NCBI GenBank assembly: GCA_038044525.1
Contig: JBBSZV010000033.1
Coordinates: 7,131-71,130, forward strand
Direction of reading: 5' to 3'
Source: Nanobdellota archaeon
GTDB taxonomy: Archaea; Nanobdellota; Nanobdellia; Woesearchaeales; GW2011-AR9
Length of the DNA stretch: 64,000 nt
Below are positions 1-8,291 of this stretch, one piece after another. The translations under genes were made by a program, and so were the position numbers. Under the pieces are notes generated by a model, which was not told the origin of the DNA, made no database searches, and saw only the letters and a list, made by a program, of their open reading frames with translations. Within the stretch, counting starts at the first letter, position 1, and every line of letters begins with the position of its first letter.

Positions 1-885
1 TCCCTTGGCCGCGAAACCGATGATGCAGCAGGACAGGAATAAGATGCTTTGGGTGTTCAGGATAAAGCTGGCTGCGAACAGCCCCGTCAAGGGGAGAGCG
101 ATGAAGAACCATTTTTTCTTCCAGCAAAAAAATAAGCCGATGATCGCCAGCATCATGGTGAAAAATCCTACCCCGCCCCAACCGCCTAAGTCAGAAATAA
201 GGTCCGGAACCACCTGCTGGATGTGGAACGGTCCCAGGACGGCCGGCTGGCGGAGATAAACGCCGTTTAATGTTAGCAGGGAGGCTAGAGCTGCCAATGT
301 CAGCAAGGAGAATTTTTCTCGGATCGTCTTATTAATAAAGAAGTACAAAGCAAGCAGCAGCAGCAGCGCTGCGGTGCTGAACAGGTCAAAAAATGCTGCG
401 GTGATGAAAGGAAGCAGGGACCAGTACCGCGATCTATCCTGGCGCAGAAGCAGGGAAAATCCTGCCAGCGATAAAAGTAAAAAAAACAACGGCCCAAAAA
501 AGGAGACCAGCGACAGTATGAATATCGGCGACATGACGGCGAATAAACCGGCGAAGAAAGTTGTTTTTTCAGAGATCTCTAATTTTTTTGCTGCATGGAG
601 GAATAAGAGCAAAGTCATCGCCGCGGCAAGCGGCGGGAGCAAAAAGTGGGCTGAAGAAGGCGTTATCGAAAGAAGGGCGGCCAGCGGATTTAAAACCAGC
701 CCCTGCTGTGAAATGGCCAGATAATAATAACTTTCCCCGCCGATAAGAAACGGTTTTCCACCGAAGTAATTGGAGATGATCTTAGCCGCGGCGATCACCA
801 ACAGCAGGGACAGCAGATATTTCTTCTGGTGTTCTAAAATATGCCTGAAGTAGCTGTTGTCTTCGATCAGATCATGGTTGGTCAT
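1..885 (-). CDS. Partial polytopic membrane protein, a paralog of the adjacent GT-C-like membrane protein. It runs off the window start. Its start ATG overlaps the upstream gene's stop (ATGA).
   Basis: A manual minus-strand translation from the ATG at 885-883 gives MTNHDLIEDNSYFRHILEHQKKYLLSLLLVIAAAKIISNYFGG... It stays open and hydrophobic to position 1. It is absent from the ORF track because it has no stop in the window. Confidence 0.4.
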   Translation of the reverse strand, partial: MTNHDLIEDNSYFRHILEHQKKYLLSLLLVIAAAKIISNYFGGKPFLIGGESYYYLAISQQGLVLNPLAALLSITPSSAHFLLPPLAAAMTLLLFLHAAKKLEISEKTTFFAGLFAVMSPIFILSLVSFFGPLFFLLLSLAGFSLLLRQDRSRYWSLLPFITAAFFDLFSTAALLLLLALYFFINKTIREKFSLLTLAALASLLTLNGVYLRQPAVLGPFHIQQVVPDLISDLGGWGGVGFFTMMLAIIGLFFCWKKKWFFIALPLTGLFAASFILNTQSILFLSCCIIGFAAKG

Positions 886-2393
886 TTTATTTCTGTCTCC
901 TCTAGCCGGCATAAGCGGCGGTAGACGATAGTTTCATTTTGATAAGCTATCTCAAAACAGCGTTTAGTGGCATACGGCAATTCTTCTTTCAGGTTATATT
1001 TTTCCTTCGCTGAAGGTGTCAAGACAAAATATTCCAACCGGTATTTCTCCGCTATTTCCACTGCTTGGGTCTGGAAGTGGGTGGTGAATAGAGAAGTGAG
1101 ATCTTGGAATCTTTTTTCCGCATCATCCACCAGCATGAAGCGGTCGTCGATGAGATTCTTGCGCTGCGCGTAGTAAGTTATCAGATGCCCTTCATCAAGC
1201 GTGGCGACTATGACCGTATCTACGGGAGAATTTTCCCAAAGCCAGCGGAAAGCGCCGATCTCTTCTTCCGAAGGGCGTTCCTGCAGCAAAGCGGCATTTA
1301 TGGCCGGAAGCACGGTCGAGATAAGGAGCAGGCTCAGGATCGTAGGGAGCAGGTATCTCTGATACTGCGCCAGCTTAGTCTTGTGGAAATATTTTTCTAA
1401 GTCCAAATAAAATGAGGAAAACAGGATGGCCAATATCACGCTGAAAAAAGCCAGCGATTGCCGGAAGCGGATCAGCCGGAGCCAGGTAAGGAGCGTCGCA
1501 GCGATGACCAGGCTGATCAACAGGAAAGCTTTCTGATTTTTTATCTGGAACAATGAGCGGTACACGACGACCGCGCCGGCAAGAAACGGTATGATGCTGA
1601 CCAGCACCAACGCTTCAGCCAAGGAGAATTTCGGGAAGTATTGGGCGATGATGCCTGAAGGCACATTCTGCCAAAGGAACGACCAGCCTTCCTCCAACAG
1701 CGATTCTTTGAAAAACAAGAACTGCACCCACAGGAAAAGGAACAGCGAGAAAAACATTATCTCTATCTCTGCCCGGTTTATCTTTTTTCCTTCCAGCAGC
1801 GAGAGAAGGACGTAGATGCCGAATCCTATCAGCAACAGCGCTGCCAAGGGGCTGGTCAGCGACAATAAAAGAAAAGAGGCGATGTAGACATATAGATACT
1901 TTGACGGATGATAATCTTTCCCCGCAGGTTCCTGGAGATTTAGGAAGGCATATATGACTATAAATGTAAGCGGGACAAATAAAGTGGTGACCGTGAATGA
2001 ATTGGTGGCGAATAATATGGGCAGGAATCCGGCGATGAAAGCGGCCAATAACGCTCCCGTCTCATGATGATAGATCTTTCTGCTGATGAGGTATGAAGTT
2101 ATGATCAGGCTGCTTATGAGCAGGTTGGGCAGGATTTTAGCGACGATCTCTAACGGGAGAAATAATCCGAAGAAGGCCATGAAATAATGGAAAAATGGCA
2201 GGAAGCGCATTTCCCTGCCGCCATATGAAAGCCCGTCATGGTACTGGGGCAATCCCGTGTCTAAAATGTGGTCGGTCTGGCGGAGATGGAAGTATGATTC
2301 GTAAGTGAATGTCGGCATCCAAAAAGCCAGAAAAAGGCGTATAAGTACTATACTGATAAAAAGTGCAATCAATATCTTGGTGTTCCGTTCCAT
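882..2393 (-). CDS. Integral membrane protein of about 12 TM helices with a C-terminal soluble domain. Possibly a GT-C fold glycosyltransferase (PMT/ArnT-like). It is not AglB, since no WWDYG motif is present.
   Basis: 503 aa with many hydrophobic helices. The first loop reads HLRQTDHILDTG. The C-terminal region is hydrophilic. It is in tandem with a paralog. Confidence 0.4.
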   Translation of the reverse strand: MERNTKILIALFISIVLIRLFLAFWMPTFTYESYFHLRQTDHILDTGLPQYHDGLSYGGREMRFLPFFHYFMAFFGLFLPLEIVAKILPNLLISSLIITSYLISRKIYHHETGALLAAFIAGFLPILFATNSFTVTTLFVPLTFIVIYAFLNLQEPAGKDYHPSKYLYVYIASFLLLSLTSPLAALLLIGFGIYVLLSLLEGKKINRAEIEIMFFSLFLFLWVQFLFFKESLLEEGWSFLWQNVPSGIIAQYFPKFSLAEALVLVSIIPFLAGAVVVYRSLFQIKNQKAFLLISLVIAATLLTWLRLIRFRQSLAFFSVILAILFSSFYLDLEKYFHKTKLAQYQRYLLPTILSLLLISTVLPAINAALLQERPSEEEIGAFRWLWENSPVDTVIVATLDEGHLITYYAQRKNLIDDRFMLVDDAEKRFQDLTSLFTTHFQTQAVEIAEKYRLEYFVLTPSAKEKYNLKEELPYATKRCFEIAYQNETIVYRRLCRLEETEIK

Positions 2394-2515
2394 CTCTTTT
2401 TAAGCATAAGAATACTTTTTATTTTATAAATTATGTGATTAAGGCAGGATTCTGGCGGGAGCCATAACCTCATCCTAAAATATTAGAAATATTTATATTT
2501 GATCTGCTTTGTGAA

Positions 2516-3193
2516 GTGAGCATGGATAAAGTCCCAACGGGAGCAGGATTTCTGGATAATCTTCTGGAAGGCGGATATGATAATGACATCATCACCACTA
2601 TTTTCGGCCCTGCCGGAGCAGGGAAAACTAATTTCTGTATCCTGGCGGCAGTAAGGATGGCCGAATCCGGGAAAAAAGTGCTCTTTGTGGATACCGAAGG
2701 CGGGATCGCAGTAGAGAGGATAAAACAGATCAGCTCTGATCACGAAAAAGTGTTGCAGAGGATATTTTTCTTTAATCCGGTAACTTTTGCCGAACAGAAT
2801 GAGGCGTTTGAAAAGCTGAACGGGCTGGTCAATGAAAGCGTAGGGATGATAGTGGTGGATTCCATCTCCATGCTGTACCGCCTAGAATTAGGGAAAAATG
2901 AGGAAGTGTATGAAGTAAATTCCGCGTTGGGGAGGCAGATGGCTTATCTGGTAGAGATCGCCCGGAAGAAGAAGATACCGGTTTTGATAACCAACCAAGT
3001 ATATACTGATTTTGATCATCGTGATGAAGTAAAGATGGTCGGCGGGGATCTGCTTAGATATGGCAGCAAGTGCCTGATCGAGCTTAAAACTTTCCATAAC
3101 TGCCGCGGCCTCATCCTCAGGAAACACCGTTCACTGCCGGAAGGTCGGGAAGCCAGGTTCAGGATTGTGCAGAAAGGGATGGAGGAAGTCTGA
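2516..3193 (+). CDS. radB: RadB/KaiC-like RecA-superfamily ATPase (archaeal RadB-like).
   Basis: The Walker A motif reads GPAGAGKTNFCILAA. Other RecA-core-like motifs are VLFVDTEGG and MIVVDSISMLYR followed by VLITNQV. A length of 225 aa is typical of RadB. Confidence 0.6.
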   Translation: MSMDKVPTGAGFLDNLLEGGYDNDIITTIFGPAGAGKTNFCILAAVRMAESGKKVLFVDTEGGIAVERIKQISSDHEKVLQRIFFFNPVTFAEQNEAFEKLNGLVNESVGMIVVDSISMLYRLELGKNEEVYEVNSALGRQMAYLVEIARKKKIPVLITNQVYTDFDHRDEVKMVGGDLLRYGSKCLIELKTFHNCRGLILRKHRSLPEGREARFRIVQKGMEEV

Positions 3194-3546
3194 TGGACCC
3201 AGATTATCTGATCATATCGATGATCGCTTTGAATCCCAGATACGAAGCGGCGGCGCAGCATAGTTTTTCGCGCCAGGATTTCACCAGCCGGGTGCTTTCA
3301 AAATATCCTGATGAGATTCTTCAACAGGCCAGGATAATGCCGCATGATTTATACGGTGATTCCCACGCCTTTGACCAGGCATTGGCGGCGCTGGTCCGCA
3401 GAGGGGTATTGAAGTATTGGACTGACGGCTCTTTGAGTTGGAATTTTCCTTTGGTGCCACGGGAGTATTTTTGGACTTATATCCGTCCGGAATTAGATGA
3501 AGTGGGATTCGGAAAATTAGAGAAGTTTGCCCTTTCGGTGTGGTAG
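3193..3546 (+). CDS. Hypothetical protein. Its start overlaps the radB stop (ATGA).
   Basis: 117-aa ORF with a coding-like composition and translational coupling. No recognisable motif. Confidence 0.3.
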   Translation: MDPDYLIISMIALNPRYEAAAQHSFSRQDFTSRVLSKYPDEILQQARIMPHDLYGDSHAFDQALAALVRRGVLKYWTDGSLSWNFPLVPREYFWTYIRPELDEVGFGKLEKFALSVW

Positions 3547-3697
3547 CGAGGTTTGACTGAATTATTCGCAAAATCTTTATAAAGTGCCGTTGAAATCAGG
3601 AGTATAAAGCCGACATCTTTCCTGAGAGTTGGGAAGATACAGCTGTGTTGAGGCAAAAGAAAAACACAGACAAGAAGACTTATTCTTGTTTGTATAA

Positions 3698-4321
3698 TTG
3701 AGCGAGGCAAACAAAATGACTGAACAACAAGAAGAATTATTGCTCGATTCTAACGAGTATCTGAAATCTGGCATCCATATAGGAACCAAATTCAAGAACA
3801 AATACATGGCCAATTTCATCTATAAGACCAGGCCGGACGGATTAAGCGTCTTGAACCTGAAAGAGATTGACAAGAGGCTGGGCTTGGCAGCAAACCTGCT
3901 GGCTAAATATGAGCCGCAGGATATCTTGGTCGTCAGCAGAAGGGAAAACGGATGGAAAGGCCTGAAGAAGCTGCAGGAGCTTACCGGAATAAGGATCATC
4001 GTCGGCAGATATCCGCCAGGAATATTGACCAATACTAACCTAGCCACTTTCTGGGAGCCAAAAATAATCTTTGTCTGCGATCCGTGGACGGACAAGAATG
4101 CGGTGCAGGATGCGGCTAAGATCGGAATTCCGGTCATCGCTCTCTGCGACACCAACAATCAGGCTAATGATGTCGATCTGGTAGTTCCCTGCAACAATAA
4201 AGGGAAAAAATCAGTCGGATTGGTATTTTATGTCATCGCCCGTGAATTCATGCGCAAGAAAGGATTGCTGCGCGGCGATGAAGAAATGCCGGTCAAGATG
4301 GAAGATTTCATCGAGGAATAG
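3698..4321 (+). CDS. rps2: 30S ribosomal protein uS2, archaeal/eukaryotic SA type.
   Basis: Contains LLDSNEYLKSGIHIGTK, FIYKTRPDGLSVLNL, ILVVSRRENG, GRYPPGILTN and IPVIALCDTNN. It aligns along its full length with archaeal S2. Confidence 0.9.
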   Translation: MSEANKMTEQQEELLLDSNEYLKSGIHIGTKFKNKYMANFIYKTRPDGLSVLNLKEIDKRLGLAANLLAKYEPQDILVVSRRENGWKGLKKLQELTGIRIIVGRYPPGILTNTNLATFWEPKIIFVCDPWTDKNAVQDAAKIGIPVIALCDTNNQANDVDLVVPCNNKGKKSVGLVFYVIAREFMRKKGLLRGDEEMPVKMEDFIEE

Positions 4322-4348
4322 ATTTTTTAATTTATTTTTTTAATTATT

Positions 4349-4906
4349 ATGGCAGCTACCGCAAGTTCTTCTTGGAAAGAACTGGATGGATATGTTAGTA
4401 AGTTAATCCAGGTCTTTCCGAATTTGCAGATCTGGAAAGATATTGAGCGGAAACCGATAACTGTTTCTTCAATAGATCATTTGATCAGTGATGGCCTGAA
4501 CTTGATAGAAGATTCTACCATTACCGTTTTTACCGGCGGAATCGTTATTGAAGAGGAAACAAAAAAGATGGTCATCTTGTTAAAAGCAGGACTTGATTCC
4601 TACAACCGTGATGTAACTCTTTTTCATGAATTAGCTCATCTTCATCATCCGATTTACTTAAGCAGAAGAAGTAATGAATTTGACGGTTTTGTTTCCTATG
4701 CTGAGGAAACTGCAAGAGAAGCGATTACAGAATGGCTGGGAAGAAAAGCGAGAGCTGATCCGGAATTATTACGGCATGCGGTTCTTTCTTTCGGTTTGGA
4801 AGCGCAGGTTTATGATAAATCCAGTTACCAAGCTTTTCAGAAAATAATAAGGGGCCAGCAATGTTTCCCCTTCATGGAACAAGAATATCCCGTCTTGATG
4901 GATTAA
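4349..4906 (+). CDS. Hypothetical protein with an HExxH motif. Possibly an ImmA/IrrE (DUF955)-like zinc metallopeptidase.
   Basis: The motif LFHELAHLHH resembles the ImmA/IrrE HELGHLLLH. There is no other support. Confidence 0.3.
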   Translation: MAATASSSWKELDGYVSKLIQVFPNLQIWKDIERKPITVSSIDHLISDGLNLIEDSTITVFTGGIVIEEETKKMVILLKAGLDSYNRDVTLFHELAHLHHPIYLSRRSNEFDGFVSYAEETAREAITEWLGRKARADPELLRHAVLSFGLEAQVYDKSSYQAFQKIIRGQQCFPFMEQEYPVLMD

Positions 4907-4955
4907 CATTTTCGTTGCATAACTTTTAAAAACGTTTTTCCTTCTGTTTTAATAC

Positions 4956-5924
4956 ATGAAGAAAATAGTGGTCATCGGCGGAGGGACCGGAAATTTCACC
5001 GTTCTCAGCGGGCTTAAGAAATATAACATCGACCTGAGCGCGGTAGTGTCCATGGCGGATGACGGAGGAAGCACCGGAATCCTTCGCGACGAATTAGGCG
5101 TTTTACCTCCCGGCGATGTGCGGCAGTGTCTCGTGGCATTATCAGATTCCAGCAGATTGATGAGAAGCCTGATGAATTATCGGTTTGAGAATGGAAGCTT
5201 GCAGGGGCACAGCTTCGGCAATCTGCTCCTGTCAGCGTTAGAGAAAGTCACCGGCAGCTTTGACCGGGCGGTGGAAGAGATGGGCCGCATCATGGTCATC
5301 AAGGGAAAAGTGATTCCGGTGACGACTAACAAAGTCCATCTGAAAATGATCCTCCGCAGCAATAAGATGCTGGAAGGAGAGCATGAGATAGATGTGTCGT
5401 CGGAGATCGACCGTGGTTTCCAGAGCATTTATCTGGAGCCGTTTCCGCAGGCGAACACCAGGGCCATAGACCAAATAATGACTGCTGACCTGGTGGTGTT
5501 AAGTCCGGGAGATCTTTATACGTCGTTAATCCCGAATCTGCTGGTCGACGGTGTAAGCAAGGCCTTGCGCGAGACTGGCGCGAAGAAAGCATTGGTGGTC
5601 AATCTGATGAACAAGCACGGGCATACCACTAATTTCAAAGCCGGAGATTACCTGCGCGAGATCAAACGTTTTGTGGGGAAGGACGTTTTTGATTACATCA
5701 TCGTCAATAACAGCAAACTGCCGGAAGAATTAATCCAGCTATACGAGACGGAAGGAGATCCGGTGGAAAATGATTTAATCCCTGATCCGCGGGTTATTGC
5801 AGCGGATGTTTTAAGCAACGAAACAGTCCCGTTGCAGAAAACTGACACCCTGAAACGGAGCCTGATCCGCCACGATTCCCGCAAATTAGCTGAGGAGTTG
5901 ATGAAAATTGTTGATAGTTTTTGA
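4956..5924 (+). CDS. CofD/YvcK-family protein (UPF0052; 2-phospho-L-lactate transferase-like or gluconeogenesis factor-like).
   Basis: The N-terminus reads KIVVIGGGTGNFTVLSGLK followed by MADDGGSTGILRDELGVLPPGDVRQCLVALS. This GGGTG...DDGGS signature is characteristic of the CofD/YvcK family. Confidence 0.7.
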   Translation: MKKIVVIGGGTGNFTVLSGLKKYNIDLSAVVSMADDGGSTGILRDELGVLPPGDVRQCLVALSDSSRLMRSLMNYRFENGSLQGHSFGNLLLSALEKVTGSFDRAVEEMGRIMVIKGKVIPVTTNKVHLKMILRSNKMLEGEHEIDVSSEIDRGFQSIYLEPFPQANTRAIDQIMTADLVVLSPGDLYTSLIPNLLVDGVSKALRETGAKKALVVNLMNKHGHTTNFKAGDYLREIKRFVGKDVFDYIIVNNSKLPEELIQLYETEGDPVENDLIPDPRVIAADVLSNETVPLQKTDTLKRSLIRHDSRKLAEELMKIVDSF

Positions 5925-6378
5925 CCTTGATGATACTTTGTTCCATACCGGCGGACAGATGAGGTATGAGACCAGATGGCAGGATGTGAAAAGCATCACT
6001 CCTTTTTCCGGCGTGCATGATTTTCTCAGTTCCTTTCCGGCAAAAAAGATACTGCTTACTTTTGAAACTGATGACGGCCTTCAGGATATGAAAATAAATC
6101 ATCTGGGAATCCGTTCTTTTTTTGATGAAATCTTGATATGTCATTCTAATGAAGAAAAGAAACAGTGCTTGGGAAATCTCAAACGCAAATATTCTGATGA
6201 AGAGATCTGCGTGGTCGGCGACCGGATCGACGCGGAAATCCAATACGGGAATGAGCTTGGTCTGAAGACCGTGCGGTTGAGCTGCGGAAAATATAAAGAT
6301 ATGATGCCGCAGCATGAATCACAAAAAGCAAACCATACTATAACTGATTTTTCTCAATTAAGGAGCGTTTTAAAATGA
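5908..6378 (+). CDS. HAD-superfamily hydrolase/phosphatase.
   Basis: N-terminal DxDxT motif (IVFDLDDTLF). Motif IV-like VVGDRIDAEIQ. It overlaps the end of the upstream gene. Confidence 0.55.
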   Translation: MLIVFDLDDTLFHTGGQMRYETRWQDVKSITPFSGVHDFLSSFPAKKILLTFETDDGLQDMKINHLGIRSFFDEILICHSNEEKKQCLGNLKRKYSDEEICVVGDRIDAEIQYGNELGLKTVRLSCGKYKDMMPQHESQKANHTITDFSQLRSVLK

Positions 6379-7064
6379 AAGCAGTCATTCTGGCGGCGGG
6401 AAAAGGATTGCGGATGCTTCCCTTGACCAGGGATAAGCCGAAAACGTTGATAGAAATAAATGGGAAACCTTTTTTGTCTTACCTATTAGAGCATTTGCAG
6501 AAGGCCGGGATCACCGAGACGGCTATCGTGGCAGGATATAAAATAGAAAAAATTGCCGAGTTTGCTAAAAAACATGATGCGGCTATCACTCTCATCGAAC
6601 AGCAGCAGCTGCGAGGCACGGGAGATGCGGTGATGAAAGCAAAGGAATTTGTCGACGGAGAGGATTTCATAATGCTGGGCGGCGATAATCTTTTCTCTCC
6701 GGCAGACCTGCAGGCGATACAGAAAGATGATGAATATTGTTATGTGGGCGGATGGAAAACGGCCAACCCGGAAAAGTACGGGGTCATGGTCTGCACGGGA
6801 AATGTCCTTTTGAAGATCATTGAAAAGCCCAAAACTTTTGTCGGCGACCTGATCAATGCCGGGCTGTATAAATTCACGCCGGACATATTTGAAGCGTTAG
6901 GAAAGATCGGGCTTTCAGAGCGCGGAGAGCTGGAACTGACTGATGCGATTTCCCTGCTGGCGGAAAGCCGGAAAGTGAAAGTGATGATGCTGCAGGATTA
7001 CTGGCTGGATCTGGGAACGAAAGAAGACGTGCCTAAAGTGGAAGCGTTTTTGAAGAAGTTATAA
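6375..7064 (+). CDS. Sugar-phosphate nucleotidyltransferase (NTP_transferase family, RmlA/GlmU-N-like).
   Basis: MKAVILAAGKGLRMLPLTRDKPKTLIEINGKPFLSYLLE is the canonical G-x-G-x-R-L nucleotidyltransferase signature. ATGA overlap with the HAD gene. Confidence 0.65.
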   Translation: MKAVILAAGKGLRMLPLTRDKPKTLIEINGKPFLSYLLEHLQKAGITETAIVAGYKIEKIAEFAKKHDAAITLIEQQQLRGTGDAVMKAKEFVDGEDFIMLGGDNLFSPADLQAIQKDDEYCYVGGWKTANPEKYGVMVCTGNVLLKIIEKPKTFVGDLINAGLYKFTPDIFEALGKIGLSERGELELTDAISLLAESRKVKVMMLQDYWLDLGTKEDVPKVEAFLKKL

Positions 7065-7188
7065 GGTAAAAGATATCTTTATAAGCAAAATAGTCTTTTC
7101 TGTAGTAAAAAGAGGTGTTAATGGTGTTGATTATAGTGTTAAACAATAGAAATCTTAATAAAATCCTCTCTTTCTGCCCTATCTGGGG

Positions 7189-7437
7189 GTGCAAGATTTG
7201 AAATTGGGTAATATAACCTTCAGTAAGAACGTTCGAGAAGACATATTAGAGCTATTTGGTAAAAGTTTAGACGAAGAAGGATTTATTGTAGAAAAAGACG
7301 ATACTTCTCAGCGGGTTCTTACTCCAAAAGGTGAAGAAATCCATATCGATGAATGGGCCGGCGTAGTTAAAGGTTCTGAAGCTTTTGTTAAGAATGACGC
7401 TCTTTCTTTAATTGAACTTGCAAAAAAATTAGAATGA
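7189..7437 (+). CDS. Small hypothetical protein (82 aa, GTG start). First gene of an AT-rich island.
   Basis: An ORF in a low-GC segment. Its stop overlaps the next start (ATGA). Confidence 0.35.
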   Translation: MQDLKLGNITFSKNVREDILELFGKSLDEEGFIVEKDDTSQRVLTPKGEEIHIDEWAGVVKGSEAFVKNDALSLIELAKKLE

Positions 7438-8252
7438 ATCTTATTCTTGATAAGTTGAAAACAATATTTCACGGTAAGTTTGATGATATTTTATCAAATA
7501 ATAACATCAAGATTTTCGATTTTTCTAAAAATACAACGAATATACTTGAAATTAAAGATGGCCAGAAACTTGATATTGATTTAGGTAAAGCCAATGCAGA
7601 AGAAAAAAAATTAGTAAAAGAAAGAATTATAGATTTAATGGTTCAAAGCGAAAATGGGGCATTTCTGTCTGCTGATTCCTTCCAAAAGACTAAAAAAATT
7701 AAGTCAAATCTTCCTACCGGAGAAGATGAGGAGCTATTAAAATTCTATAAAGATAAACTTAAACTTGAAATGTATAAAGCATTGGAAGCTTCTCTTGTCG
7801 TACGAAATGCTTTTAAAAAAGGTGAGGAAATAACTGATCTTAAAAAAGATATATCTAAACTTTACCCTACTTTTGGTAAAAATATTTGCAATTTAGTGAC
7901 TAGGGAATATTTTCATACTCACTTTAAAGATTTATACGATAGCATGATCGAAGATCAAGATTTTGATATTAATCTCTATCAAAGAAAAGTAGAAAAAATT
8001 GTTCAGTCTCTTCCTTATACAGTTTTCGTAACGAGATATAGGTCTTATGATGATCTAAGTGGTGAAGTGAGATTTAAACTTGAAAAATTAAATAAATATG
8101 GGGCCGGCAGATTATTACTCCACGGCTTAGGAAGGGAAAATGTCAGTGCTACTTTAAATCTCTTAGAAGAATACAAAGATGATAAAAGCATCACTATCCA
8201 AAAAGAATTAAATCCTGGAGGAACAATCATTACAGCAACTCTAATTTTCTGA
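7434..8252 (+). CDS. Hypothetical protein with a C-terminal Smr-like (small MutS-related) nuclease domain.
   Basis: The C-terminus reads ...GAGRLLLHGLGRENVSATLNLLEEY...SITIQKELNPGGTIITATLIF. This matches the Smr pattern LDLHGL...A...L...IItGkG...GG.G...v.L. The N-terminal 190 aa are unrecognised. Confidence 0.4.
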   Translation: MNLILDKLKTIFHGKFDDILSNNNIKIFDFSKNTTNILEIKDGQKLDIDLGKANAEEKKLVKERIIDLMVQSENGAFLSADSFQKTKKIKSNLPTGEDEELLKFYKDKLKLEMYKALEASLVVRNAFKKGEEITDLKKDISKLYPTFGKNICNLVTREYFHTHFKDLYDSMIEDQDFDINLYQRKVEKIVQSLPYTVFVTRYRSYDDLSGEVRFKLEKLNKYGAGRLLLHGLGRENVSATLNLLEEYKDDKSITIQKELNPGGTIITATLIF

Positions 8253-8291
8253 GAAACCGACCTAAAACTATATAAAATCAAACTTCTTTGT

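Noticed and set aside
5-724. Plus-strand ORFs 5..259, 374..724 and 561..746 at the window start.
   Set aside because: The minus strand here gives a continuous hydrophobic membrane-protein translation. It is translationally coupled (ATGA) to the upstream gene and is far more gene-like than these ORFs.
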